From the NCBI GenBank assembly GCA_030685015.1, contig JAUXWS010000059.1, positions 87,052 to 151,051 of the forward strand: DNA of 64,000 nucleotides. Direction: 5' to 3'. This document shows, in pieces, positions 55,205-64,000 of this stretch. Position 1 is the stretch's first letter. Every line of letters begins with the position of its first letter. The position numbers and the translations under genes are program-made. The stretch is from a bacterium (lineage in GTDB: Bacteria; CAIWAD01). The notes beneath the pieces were generated by a model that made no database searches, had not been told where the DNA came from, and saw only the letters and a program-made list of their open reading frames with translations.

Positions 55205-55497
55205 GCGTCGGTGAAGGTCACCTTGGAACCCCGATGCATCGCCGCGGGCCGGGTCGATCGAATCGGGCGCATTCACAGTCCAGTTGGGCGGCACAGGTAG
55301 CGCCTCAGATATACATTAGGCGTAAAACAAAACCGGTCATTTTTTCAAACCAAATGTTAGGTTCTTGACGGGCTGGCGATGCGGGTCATTCCACGCTCCG
55401 TTCCGTGTTCCAGCCGAACGTTGCGCATTCCTGATCGATCGAACTTCCAGGGCGGCCGGCCATGGCTGCTTGCGCCCGAAGCCCCAGGAGCCCGCGC

Positions 55498-56259
55498 ATG
55501 AAGTCCTGCACCAGACGTTGCGTCCTTGCTGCCCCATTGGCGCTGCTTGTGTTTGTGGTGGCCATGCCCGCCATATCCGCAACCGACACCTGCCTGGATT
55601 GCCACGCGTCTCCAGATTTGAAGGTGCGCGCCCCCGGTCTGCAAGCCTGCTACCAAGCCTGGCGCAATTCTCCTCATGCCAAGGCCGGCGTAGGGTGCGC
55701 GGACTGCCACGGCGGCGGCGATGCGGCCACCCGGGACCAGTGCCCTTCCACGTCGGAACGGAATGTCAACGACTTCCGCCGGATACCCGAGACCTGCGGC
55801 CAGTGCCATCAGGTTCTTCTGATGACCTTTCGCGAGAGCGTGCACTTCACCCAGCTTCAGGAGGCTGAAGCGGGGAAGGAAGGGCCCAATTGCGTGACCT
55901 GTCACGGCTCCATGGGAGCATCTCGAGTGGAAACCGCCCAAGTGGAGGCTTTGTGCGCCACCTGTCATGACGGTGTTCGTGCGTCCGACGATGGAATTCC
56001 CGCACGAGCGCGATCCGTTCTTGAGGTTCTATTGGGCGTGCGGCAGTTCAGCGCATGGCTGGGACTTCATACCCAGGACCCCGAACTGGAGGTGAACGAG
56101 CGAAGCAAGCAGATCGCTCATTGGCATAGATTCGAACTGGCCGCCCTTGAAATGCAAAGCGCAAAACAACTGGAGGAATTGAAAGCCCGAGTGAATGATG
56201 TTCGGGTCAAGGAAGGCCAGCTTCGACGTGAAAAGCGAAAACTGGGGCAGAAGGAATAG
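55498..56259 (+). CDS. Exported 5-heme cytochrome c with C-terminal helical region
   Basis: SD CAGGAG before ATG 55498; signal peptide; CLDCH, CADCH, CGQCH, CVTCH, CATCH. Confidence 0.88.
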   Translation: MKSCTRRCVLAAPLALLVFVVAMPAISATDTCLDCHASPDLKVRAPGLQACYQAWRNSPHAKAGVGCADCHGGGDAATRDQCPSTSERNVNDFRRIPETCGQCHQVLLMTFRESVHFTQLQEAEAGKEGPNCVTCHGSMGASRVETAQVEALCATCHDGVRASDDGIPARARSVLEVLLGVRQFSAWLGLHTQDPELEVNERSKQIAHWHRFELAALEMQSAKQLEELKARVNDVRVKEGQLRREKRKLGQKE

Positions 56260-56465
56260 AACGGGAAGCGGTTAAGCAGTAGACGGCGTTTGCGATGTGG
56301 AGAGAAGTTGATAAACGAAGTTAATTGTCGCCTTAAGGCTACTACAGATAACAGCATCAGATCGAGATCATAGATATAAACCGGTACTCAAACATGTGTT
56401 GGCTGAAGGTAGCCTACGAGTCCTTATGCAATTTCTAAGCAATCCGATGAAGAAAGGAGACAACC

Positions 56466-57404
56466 GTGGAGAAGGAAGAACGTGTTCATGACAGGCATGA
56501 CCCTCGACATGGCAGCAGGACCCAGGGGGAACATGTGTCGTTGGGCGGAACCCTGCGCGCCGTTGTCTTCATCCTGCCCGTGGCGGTGCTTGCCCTGATC
56601 CTGTTGTCCATGTCATCCCGCGGGGCCATGACGCTGACCTCGGCGATCATGGTGTTGGCAATCCTGATGATAATCCTTGGCATCGTTGTATCGGGCATCC
56701 GCGTTGCAGCCCAATGGGAGCGCGGAGTCGTCCTGCGCCTAGGCAATTTCCGCTCGGTCAAGGGCCCCGGACCACTCTACATTGTTCCAATCTTCGAGAG
56801 TGTCCGCTTCATCGATACCCGCCTGCTGGTCTTGAACATTCCTCGGCAGAAGGTCATCACCAAGGACAATGTGCCGGCGGAGATCGATGGCGCGCTCTTC
56901 TTCATGGTTTCGGACAGCCAGAAGGCGGTGATCACAATCCAGGACTTCCGTTTTGCCGTAGCGCAGTATGCCCAGGCTGCACTTAGGGACATCGTCGGCG
57001 GATTGACCTTGGACGAACTGCTCTCGGAACGGGAGCAAATCCAGGCCCACATCAAGGAGCATGTGGAGCAGCGGGTCAAGGATTGGGGACTGAGCGTGGA
57101 TTCCATCCAGCTCCAGGACATCGAGCTGCCGGAGGATCTGAAGCGAATGATGTCCAGGCAGGCGTCCGCTGAAAGGGAGAAGCGCGCCACCATCACCAAG
57201 GCCGAGGGCGACATGCTGGCGGCGACGAATCTGGCGGAGGCAGCCAGGATCATGTCGGCCAGCCCCATCACCCTGCAACTTCGGACCCTGCAGATGATCG
57301 ACGGCCTGGGTGCCAGCCAGTCCAACACGGTCATTTTGTTTCCCGCGCAGATGGGGGAGCTGCTTGAAAGCCTTGCCGCCGGTCGTGCCAGGGCCAACGA
57401 ATAG
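56466..57404 (+). CDS. SPFH/band 7 (stomatin/slipin) family membrane protein
   Basis: SD AAGGAG; two TM segments; WERGVVLRLG, ITKDNV, QASAEREKRA..AEG, LQLRTLQ. Confidence 0.93.
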   Translation: MEKEERVHDRHDPRHGSRTQGEHVSLGGTLRAVVFILPVAVLALILLSMSSRGAMTLTSAIMVLAILMIILGIVVSGIRVAAQWERGVVLRLGNFRSVKGPGPLYIVPIFESVRFIDTRLLVLNIPRQKVITKDNVPAEIDGALFFMVSDSQKAVITIQDFRFAVAQYAQAALRDIVGGLTLDELLSEREQIQAHIKEHVEQRVKDWGLSVDSIQLQDIELPEDLKRMMSRQASAEREKRATITKAEGDMLAATNLAEAARIMSASPITLQLRTLQMIDGLGASQSNTVILFPAQMGELLESLAAGRARANE

Positions 57405-57504
57405 GGGAAGTGCCCATGGTTGAAACATCCTCCAAGGGTGCGCCACAAGGGCGGTGGCCGGCCTTCCGTTCGCGCTGCAATCATGGCCTGAATCGGGCGC
57501 GGAT

Positions 57505-58335
57505 ATGATCCGGATTTCATTGCTGGTCATGTTGGCGGCCTGTCTGCATGGCAGGGTCGGACATGGTGTCGAGACTCCCGCCCACAATGACAGGGTCAAG
57601 TTGCTCTGGGAGTTCCATGGCTACTATCCCTGCATGGACTGCCATTTCAACCAGGAGACCAACCGGAGGCCCCGGGTGCTTGAAATGGAGCACGAGAAGC
57701 CTCTGGATTGGATGGACGACGACGGCGTGATTCACCGCGTGGAATTCGGCGAGCGCCTGCCTTTGGCGGAACTTCTTGGGAAGGGGCAGGCTCGTGGCCT
57801 GCGCCGGGAGACACTGGAGCGCATCGGACGGCGCATGAATCTGCGCGACCACATGTCCGCCCAAGGCCTTGGCGTAACGGACTCGATCTGGGTGCTGACG
57901 CATGGTGGTGGCAATGTGTGGTGCCTGGATTGCCACTCAGCCAGCGAACGGGACATGCTGGTGCTGCATGATGGCAGCCTGTTGAGTTTCAATGAAAGCC
58001 AGAGGCTGTGCGGGCAATGTCACGGGCCCACACTGATTGACTGGGATGCGGGAGCCCACGGCCGCACCAATGGCTACTGGAATCTGGAGTTGGACTCCAC
58101 GGGCATCAGCAGGCGCTTGTTGTGCGTGGAGTGCCACAACCCTCACGCGCCAGCCTTCCGCGGCATGATGCCTCTTGCCGGACCCGTCAACCGACTTGAC
58201 AACATTTCTCAACCCGCCCCTGGCACGCACAGAAAAGAAACCATCAAAGGGACGCGGGATGATATGGGGCCGCAGCCATGGCAGACTTCGCCGCGAAACG
58301 GGACGAGCGATCGCTCCAGGGAGGGCAACCCGTGA
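57505..58335 (+). CDS. Exported tetraheme cytochrome c, partner of the NrfC/NrfD-type pair
   Basis: Signal-like N-terminus; CMDCH, WCLDCH, LCGQCHG...DW..G.HG, CVECHNPH.P; GTGA overlap with the next gene. Confidence 0.88.
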   Translation: MIRISLLVMLAACLHGRVGHGVETPAHNDRVKLLWEFHGYYPCMDCHFNQETNRRPRVLEMEHEKPLDWMDDDGVIHRVEFGERLPLAELLGKGQARGLRRETLERIGRRMNLRDHMSAQGLGVTDSIWVLTHGGGNVWCLDCHSASERDMLVLHDGSLLSFNESQRLCGQCHGPTLIDWDAGAHGRTNGYWNLELDSTGISRRLLCVECHNPHAPAFRGMMPLAGPVNRLDNISQPAPGTHRKETIKGTRDDMGPQPWQTSPRNGTSDRSREGNP

Positions 58336-59273
58336 AGCCCAGCAAAAAGAACATGATGCGGGGCCGCGCGGACTCCGTGGACCGGCGCGGATTCCTCAAG
58401 GCCATGGCATCCACGGTCGCCGCCCTGAGCCTGCCCGTGTTGAGCAAGGACGCCGGGGCCTTCTCCTGGGATGAGTTTTTCCAGAAGCATTTCTATGAGC
58501 TAAGTCGGGAAGAACTGGAAAAGCGGATCAAGCGCCTCGAAAAGGAATACAACGAGAAGTTCCACAGGACGGACTTCAGCGTGAGCACCGATGGCCCGCT
58601 CAAGGATGTGCGCTTTGCCTACGCGCTAAGCCTGTCCAAGTGCATCGGTTGCAGGAAGTGCGTACACGCCTGCGTGGCGGAGAACAATCAGCACCGGGGT
58701 AGCGAATCGCGCCGGGACGTGGTGGAGTACATCCGCGTTCTGGAAATGGAGAAAGGTTCGCTGGACCTGGAGAAAGCCGTCCACGACTACAGCCACCCGG
58801 TTCCCGCGGAAGGCAAGTACTACATGCCCGTGCAGTGCCATCACTGCAACAACGCGCCCTGCACGAAAGTCTGTCCCGTGGAAGCCACTTGGCAGGAAGT
58901 GGACGGCATCGTTGTCGTCGACTACGAATGGTGCATCGGATGCCGTTACTGCCAGGCGGCCTGCCCCTACTTCGCCCGGCGCTTCAACTTCAGCGAGCCC
59001 AGGCTTCCGGAGGCGGAAGTCAATCCCGTGACCCATTACCTGGGCAATCGCCCGCGGAGCAAGGGGGTCATGGAAAAATGCACCTTTTGCATCCAGCGCA
59101 CACGCAGGGGATTGAATCCCGCCTGCCTGGACGTCTGCCCCACAGGCAGCCGGAAGTTCGGCAACCTGCTCGACCCAGATAGCGAAATCCGCTACATCAT
59201 CAATAACAAGCGGGTGTTCATCCTCAAGGAAGAACTGGGCACGATGTCCAGCTTCTACTATTACTTCGATTGA
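58332..59273 (+). CDS. Tat-exported 4Fe-4S dicluster protein (NrfC/DsrO-like)
   Basis: DRRGFLK twin-arginine motif; CIGCRKCVHAC, CHHC..APC..VCP, CIGCRYCQAACP, CTFC...PAC...CP. Confidence 0.93.
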   Translation: MKPSKKNMMRGRADSVDRRGFLKAMASTVAALSLPVLSKDAGAFSWDEFFQKHFYELSREELEKRIKRLEKEYNEKFHRTDFSVSTDGPLKDVRFAYALSLSKCIGCRKCVHACVAENNQHRGSESRRDVVEYIRVLEMEKGSLDLEKAVHDYSHPVPAEGKYYMPVQCHHCNNAPCTKVCPVEATWQEVDGIVVVDYEWCIGCRYCQAACPYFARRFNFSEPRLPEAEVNPVTHYLGNRPRSKGVMEKCTFCIQRTRRGLNPACLDVCPTGSRKFGNLLDPDSEIRYIINNKRVFILKEELGTMSSFYYYFD

Positions 59274-59280
59274 AGAGGGC

Positions 59281-60513
59281 GTGGTGGTCCATATCAGTCT
59301 TTACCCTCGCTTCGTCATTGATGCCATGCGTTCGATGATGGGGGATTCGGGGCTTTACCGACTTTGGTTGGTTTCCTTGTCGTGCCTGATTGGAGCAGGA
59401 GGATGGGCCTACGCCCAGCAGCTCGAATCCGGTCTGGCCGTGACGGGGATGAGCGATCAAGTTTCCTGGGGCGTCTACATCGCCAATTTCACCTTTCTCG
59501 TGGGCGTCGCCGCGGCGGCCGTCATGATGGTGATCCCGGGCTACCTGTATCACATCAAGGAAGTCAAGGACGGCGTCCTGATCGGTGAAATGGTTGCCAT
59601 TGGCGCCATCATCATGTGCCTGCTCTTCGTGGTGGTTGACCTCGGCCGCCCGGACCGGATCTGGCACATGATTCCCGGAATCGGCCGCTTCAATTTCCCC
59701 ATGTCACTGCTAAGCTGGGATGTGGTAGTCCTGAACGGTTACCTGTTGTTGAATCTGCACATCCCTGGATACATCCTCTATCAAAGGTGGTTGGGAAAGG
59801 AGCCGAGAAGGGGATACTACATGCCCTTCGTTTACATGAGCGTGGTCTGGGCAGTCAGCATCCACACCGTCACGGCGTTCCTGTACAATGGATTGGGTGG
59901 GCGACCTTTCTGGAACACGGCCATCCTTGCCCCTCGCTTCATCGCCAGTGCCTTCACGGCTGGCCCGGCCTTCATCATCCTCGTGCTTTATCTGGTAAGG
60001 CGGTACACGGACTTTCATGTGGATGGCCGGCTCTTCCGCTTCCTGCGCATGGTGGTGTTGATCTGCGGCCTGATCAACCTGTTCCTCCTGGGCAGCGAGG
60101 TGTTCACCGAGTTCTACACAGACTCCACACATGTGGCAAGCGCCCGCTACCTCTACTTTGGCCTGCATGGACACACGGCCCTTGTTCCCTGGATCTGGGC
60201 TTCCGTCGGCATGAACGTGCTGGCCATCCTGATGCTGCTGTCGCGACGCTTCGAGTTCAGCACCACGGCACTGAAAGCCCTGCCCTTGGTACTGCTGATT
60301 GTGGCCATCTGGATTGAGAAGGGCATGGGCTTGATCATCCCCGGTTTCATCCCGACTCCCCTTGGGGAGATCTTCGAGTACATGCCATCCGCGACGGAGA
60401 CGTTGATCTGCCTGGGAGTCTGGGCGGTGGGCTTGCTGGTCATGACCCTGCTGATCAAGTTCGCCACGGACGTGGAGACGGGCCGGATCAGCGCTCCCAG
60501 AACGGAGTTCTGA
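59281..60513 (+). CDS. NrfD/PsrC/DsrP-family integral membrane quinol-interacting subunit
   Basis: GL.VTGMSDQVSWGVYIANFTFLVGVAAAA, DLGRPDR, SIHTVTAFL, WIEKGMG; about 10 TM segments. Confidence 0.93.
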   Translation: MVVHISLYPRFVIDAMRSMMGDSGLYRLWLVSLSCLIGAGGWAYAQQLESGLAVTGMSDQVSWGVYIANFTFLVGVAAAAVMMVIPGYLYHIKEVKDGVLIGEMVAIGAIIMCLLFVVVDLGRPDRIWHMIPGIGRFNFPMSLLSWDVVVLNGYLLLNLHIPGYILYQRWLGKEPRRGYYMPFVYMSVVWAVSIHTVTAFLYNGLGGRPFWNTAILAPRFIASAFTAGPAFIILVLYLVRRYTDFHVDGRLFRFLRMVVLICGLINLFLLGSEVFTEFYTDSTHVASARYLYFGLHGHTALVPWIWASVGMNVLAILMLLSRRFEFSTTALKALPLVLLIVAIWIEKGMGLIIPGFIPTPLGEIFEYMPSATETLICLGVWAVGLLVMTLLIKFATDVETGRISAPRTEF

Positions 60514-60886
60514 CCCGTGACCCAAGGCTTACGCGAGATGGCCCGAAACATGCGCTGATCCATCCCCAGTGTCAGCGGCTCCATGTAGACAGCCGTGCTG
60601 GATCCTTAAAGAACCGGAATGGGAGATTCGCTCCAGGGCCCGTTCACGACAGTCGCGCTTTGCATCACACACTGCCAGTTGTCGAACCGGCTACTGTCGA
60701 GGCGCCGGGGACCAGTTCCTGGTCAACACGGCTCTGCAGGTGTCCGGGTAACTGGGACTGCACGATCAAAGAACGCTCTAAGTCAATGTCTGTCAATAGC
60801 TTAAGCTGACGGAGCGGACAAGGCTGTGACTGGCTTGTCTTGGATCGGGCACTTGGAGGAACGGGACACGCCAAGCGGTCAAGGGC

Positions 60887-63577
60887 TTAGCCCAGCTCCG
60901 CCAGATTGTGCTGGAGCTTCTCCAGATCCAGCCGCACGGCCTCCCGCTTGGCCTGCTCCTTTTCGACCACCTCGGCAGGCGCCCGGGCCAGGAAGTCCTG
61001 ATTTCCCAGCTTGGCGTCCTGACCTTTCAATAGACCTGCCACACGCAGGATTTCCTTTTTCAGGCGGAAACGCTCCACGTCGAGATCGATGAGACCGGCG
61101 AGCGGCACCCACACGTCGATCCCCTCCACCACGTTGGCGGCAACGGGCGTGGGCCGCTCCGCGTTGAGGCGGATCTCCGCGGCCTGGGCCAGGTCGCGGA
61201 TGTAGGGCAGGGCCGGCTCGAGCAGGGCCAGGCGTTCCCGGTCGCCGTGCAGCACGACCGAGATGGGCTGCCGCGGCTTGAGGTTCTGCTCGGCACGGAT
61301 GTTGCGCAGCGCCGTGGTGACGCCCTGGACCAGGGCGAACTCCTCCTCGACGGCGGGCAGGACCAGGCCCGGGTCGACGATGGGGAAGTCGTGACACATG
61401 AGATGCGCGCCCCAGGGCAGGGGCAGGCCGCGCCCGGCCAACTCCTCCCGCGTGACACGCCAGACCTCCTCGGCGATGAAGGGCATGAAGGGCGAGAGCA
61501 GTTGCATGGCCCGCAGGAAGACGTGGAGGGCGTGCTCGAGGGCGGCCTTGCGCGCCGCGGGTTCGCCTTCCTTGTAAAGGCGCGGCTTCACCAGCTCCAC
61601 GTACCAGTCGCAGAACTCGCCCCAGATGAAATCGTAGAGCGCCGCCTGTGCCTCGTTGGGCCGGAAGCGGGCGAAGCCCTCATCCACCTTGGCAATGGTG
61701 CTGTGCAGGCGGCTGAGGATCCACTCGTCGGCCAGCTCCCGCGGGCAGGGGGCGGCCAGGTCGGTCGCCGCGTCGAGCAGATCCCAGTCCTGCATGTGCA
61801 GGAAGCGGAAAGCCTGCCAGATCTTGTTGGCGAAGTTGCGCCCCATCTCGAACTTCTGCTCGGAGAGCTTGATGTCCTGGCCTTCCGTGTTGAGCGCGAT
61901 CATGCAGTAGCGCACGGCGTCCGCCCCGTAGCGCTCCACCATCGCCAGCGGATCGATCCCGTTGCCCAGGCTCTTGGACATCTTGCGGCCCTGGGCGTCC
62001 TTGACGATGCCGGTGAAGTAGACGTCGCGGAAAGGCGGGCGGCCGGTGAACTCCACGCCGGCCATGATCATGCGGCTTACCCAGAAAAAAATGATGTCGT
62101 AGCCCGTCACCATCAGGTCCGTGGGGTAGTACTTGCGGAAGCGCGGGTCGTCCGTGTCGGGCCAGCCCAGCGTGGTGAAGGGCCACAGCCAGCTGGAGAA
62201 CCAGGTGTCCAGCACGTCCTCGTCCTGGGCCAGGTGCGCCGAGCCGCAGGCCGCACAGGCCGTCGGATCCTCCCGTGTCACCATCACGTGGCCGCACTCG
62301 CCGCAGGTGAAAACGGGGATGCGGTGCCCCCACCACAGCTGGCGGCTGATGCACCAGTCACGGATGCCTTCCAGCCAGTGGAAGAAGACGTTCTCCCAGC
62401 GCTTCGGGTGGAACTGCACCTCGCCCCGCCGCACCGAGTCCATGGCGGCCTCGGCCAGGGGTTTCATCCGCACGAACCACTGCCGCGAGAGGTAGGGCTC
62501 CACCACCGTGTGGCAGCGCTGGCACTGGCCCACCGCGTTGCTGTGGTCCTCAGTCTTGCGCAGCAGGCCCTGGGCCTCCAGATCCTCCAGCACCTTCTGG
62601 CGGGCCTCGTAGCGGTCCAGCCCGGCGTAGGGGCCACCCTGGTCGTTGATGCGGCCGTCCACGTCCAGCACTTTGACCGGTGTCAGACCGTGGCGGCGTC
62701 CCATCTCGAAATCGTTGGGGTCGTGGGCGGGCGTCACCTTGACGCAGCCGGTGCCGAAGGCCGGATCCACAAAGTCGTCGGCGATCACCACCAGCTCGCG
62801 GCCCAGCAGCGGCAGGCGCAGCCGGCGTCCCGGCAGATGCCGGTAGCGGGCGTCCTCCGGGTGGACGGCCACGGCCACGTCGCCCAGCATGGTCTCCGGG
62901 CGCGTGGTGGCCACCACCAGCTCCTCGCCCGTGGGCCGGCCCTGGTCGTCCAGCACGGGATAAGCCATGTGCCACAAGTGGCTGGCTTTCTCCTCGTGGT
63001 CCACCTCCTCGTCGGAGATGGCCGTGTGGCAGCGCGGGCACCAGTTGACGATGTAGTCGCCCTGGTAGATGAGGTCCTTCTCATGGAGGCGGACGAAGAC
63101 CTCGCGCACGGCGCGGGAGGGCCCGGGGTCCATCGTGAAGACCTCGTGGCGCCAGTCCGCGCTGTCCCCCAGCTTGCGCTTCTGCTCCATGATGATGTCG
63201 CCGTAGGTGCGGCGCCATGCCCAGGCGCGCTCCAGGAAGGCCTCGCGGCCCAGGGCGTGGCGGCTGCTGCCTTCCTGGGCCAGCAGCTTCTCCACCACGT
63301 TCTGGGTGGCGATGCCGGCGTGGTCCTTGCCCGGCTGCCACAGGGCGTCGAAGCCCTTCATGCGCTTGTAGCGGATGAAGGCGTCCTGCACGGCGTCCTG
63401 CAGGCCGTGGCCCATGTGGAGCTGCCCGGTCACGTTGGGGGGCGGCATGTTGATGACGAAGGCGGGCCGGCCGCCGGCGGGATCCGTGTGGAAGCAGCCG
63501 TGCTCCTCCCACATGCGGTACAGAAGGGGTTCCAGCTCCTGGGGTTCCCAGGTCCGCGACAGCTCCGTGCGCGTCAT
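60887..63577 (-). CDS. valS: Valine--tRNA ligase
   Basis: PPPNVTGQLHMGH (HIGH), DHAGIATQ, WCISRQLWWGH, KMSKS, C-terminal coiled coil; SD AGGAG. Confidence 0.98.
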   Translation of the reverse strand: MTRTELSRTWEPQELEPLLYRMWEEHGCFHTDPAGGRPAFVINMPPPNVTGQLHMGHGLQDAVQDAFIRYKRMKGFDALWQPGKDHAGIATQNVVEKLLAQEGSSRHALGREAFLERAWAWRRTYGDIIMEQKRKLGDSADWRHEVFTMDPGPSRAVREVFVRLHEKDLIYQGDYIVNWCPRCHTAISDEEVDHEEKASHLWHMAYPVLDDQGRPTGEELVVATTRPETMLGDVAVAVHPEDARYRHLPGRRLRLPLLGRELVVIADDFVDPAFGTGCVKVTPAHDPNDFEMGRRHGLTPVKVLDVDGRINDQGGPYAGLDRYEARQKVLEDLEAQGLLRKTEDHSNAVGQCQRCHTVVEPYLSRQWFVRMKPLAEAAMDSVRRGEVQFHPKRWENVFFHWLEGIRDWCISRQLWWGHRIPVFTCGECGHVMVTREDPTACAACGSAHLAQDEDVLDTWFSSWLWPFTTLGWPDTDDPRFRKYYPTDLMVTGYDIIFFWVSRMIMAGVEFTGRPPFRDVYFTGIVKDAQGRKMSKSLGNGIDPLAMVERYGADAVRYCMIALNTEGQDIKLSEQKFEMGRNFANKIWQAFRFLHMQDWDLLDAATDLAAPCPRELADEWILSRLHSTIAKVDEGFARFRPNEAQAALYDFIWGEFCDWYVELVKPRLYKEGEPAARKAALEHALHVFLRAMQLLSPFMPFIAEEVWRVTREELAGRGLPLPWGAHLMCHDFPIVDPGLVLPAVEEEFALVQGVTTALRNIRAEQNLKPRQPISVVLHGDRERLALLEPALPYIRDLAQAAEIRLNAERPTPVAANVVEGIDVWVPLAGLIDLDVERFRLKKEILRVAGLLKGQDAKLGNQDFLARAPAEVVEKEQAKREAVRLDLEKLQHNLAELG

Positions 63578-63724
63578 CATGTCTCCTGATCGGCCTTCCC
63601 GCGTCCCGCCATCCTCATTGTCGGGCAAGAAGGTAGGGCCTGGGGCGCGGAGCACAAAGCCGGACCGGGCGCCTGGCTGGACATGGGCGCAGGGCTTGTC
63701 CACAGGGGGCGGCAAGCCTTGCCG

Positions 63725-63751
63725 AGGTGTCCGACCATGGGTCGGACACCT
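63725..63751. repeat. REP-like palindrome, copy 1
   Basis: AGGTGTCCGACC-ATG-GGTCGGACACCT. Confidence 0.7.
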
Positions 63752-63916
63752 GTTCGTAGGCTCAGACACCATCCGGCCGCCTCACCAAAATGGGGCAACA
63801 GCTCGCCCGCCCGGCGCGACACCCGCCCGCCGGCAAGTTCTCCGGCCCTGGCGAGACGCACCCGCCGACAGCTGTCTCAGCGAAGGGCCGTACATGCGGG
63901 CGGCAACAACTGCCAG

Positions 63917-63941
63917 GGTGTCCGACCCATGGTCGGACACC
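63917..63941. repeat. REP-like palindrome, copy 2
   Basis: GGTGTCCGACC-CAT-GGTCGGACACC; both copies are followed by TGTTC. Confidence 0.7.
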
Positions 63942-64000
63942 TGTTCCGCCATCATTACACAGGAGCGGTCCTCCTCCCGACCTGTCCACCGTTGTCCAGC

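Noticed and set aside
58332..60513. Calling the 4Fe-4S/NrfD pair dsrO/dsrP (sulfate reduction)
   Set aside because: No dsrM, dsrK, dsrJ or dsrAB in the window, and the family is shared by many complexes, so no gene symbol was assigned.
644..63589. Many long opposite-strand or alternate-frame ORFs (e.g. 644-3049, 3910-6642, 11676-14756, 19157-21820, 21851-24823, 37760-40753, 61247-63589)
   Set aside because: These are shadow ORFs typical of high-GC DNA. They overlap well-supported genes and lack motifs.

Overview
GC-rich bacterial chromosomal segment, probably from an FCB-superphylum lineage. This placement is inferred from three secreted proteins ending in a PNPFNP...VK/LP FlgD-Ig/T9SS-type C-terminal domain and from a C25 gingipain-family protein. 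Housekeeping genes include lon, a PabA/TrpG-type amidotransferase, a NifU-domain protein, a DinG/XPD helicase, an rlmN-GT2-phosphoglycosyltransferase-murE-murD-murI operon, lemA with M48 proteases, msrB and valS. Three things stand out. (1) Two tandem paralogous genes (41935-43722 and 43871-45595, minus strand) are each split by the ORF caller at an in-frame TGA. That TGA lies at the first position of a thioredoxin-fold motif, GATW-U-P-S-C, and is followed by a conserved SECIS-like hairpin, so these are most likely signal-peptide-bearing, multidomain, exported selenoproteins with different C-terminal domains. (2) A histidine kinase/sigma54 activator pair is followed by a consensus sigma54 promoter, a highly structured ~160-nt non-coding region and an intrinsic terminator, which makes a candidate new sRNA. 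A second consensus sigma54 promoter precedes the C25 gene, whose leader shares a motif with this RNA. (3) A ~10-kb respiratory island encodes five multiheme cytochromes c (about 40 heme-binding motifs), an SPFH protein and an NrfC/NrfD-type pair, and it is bordered by a decayed DUF2235 gene. I found no rRNA, tRNA, CRISPR array or transposase. All product calls come from motif recognition, not database searches.
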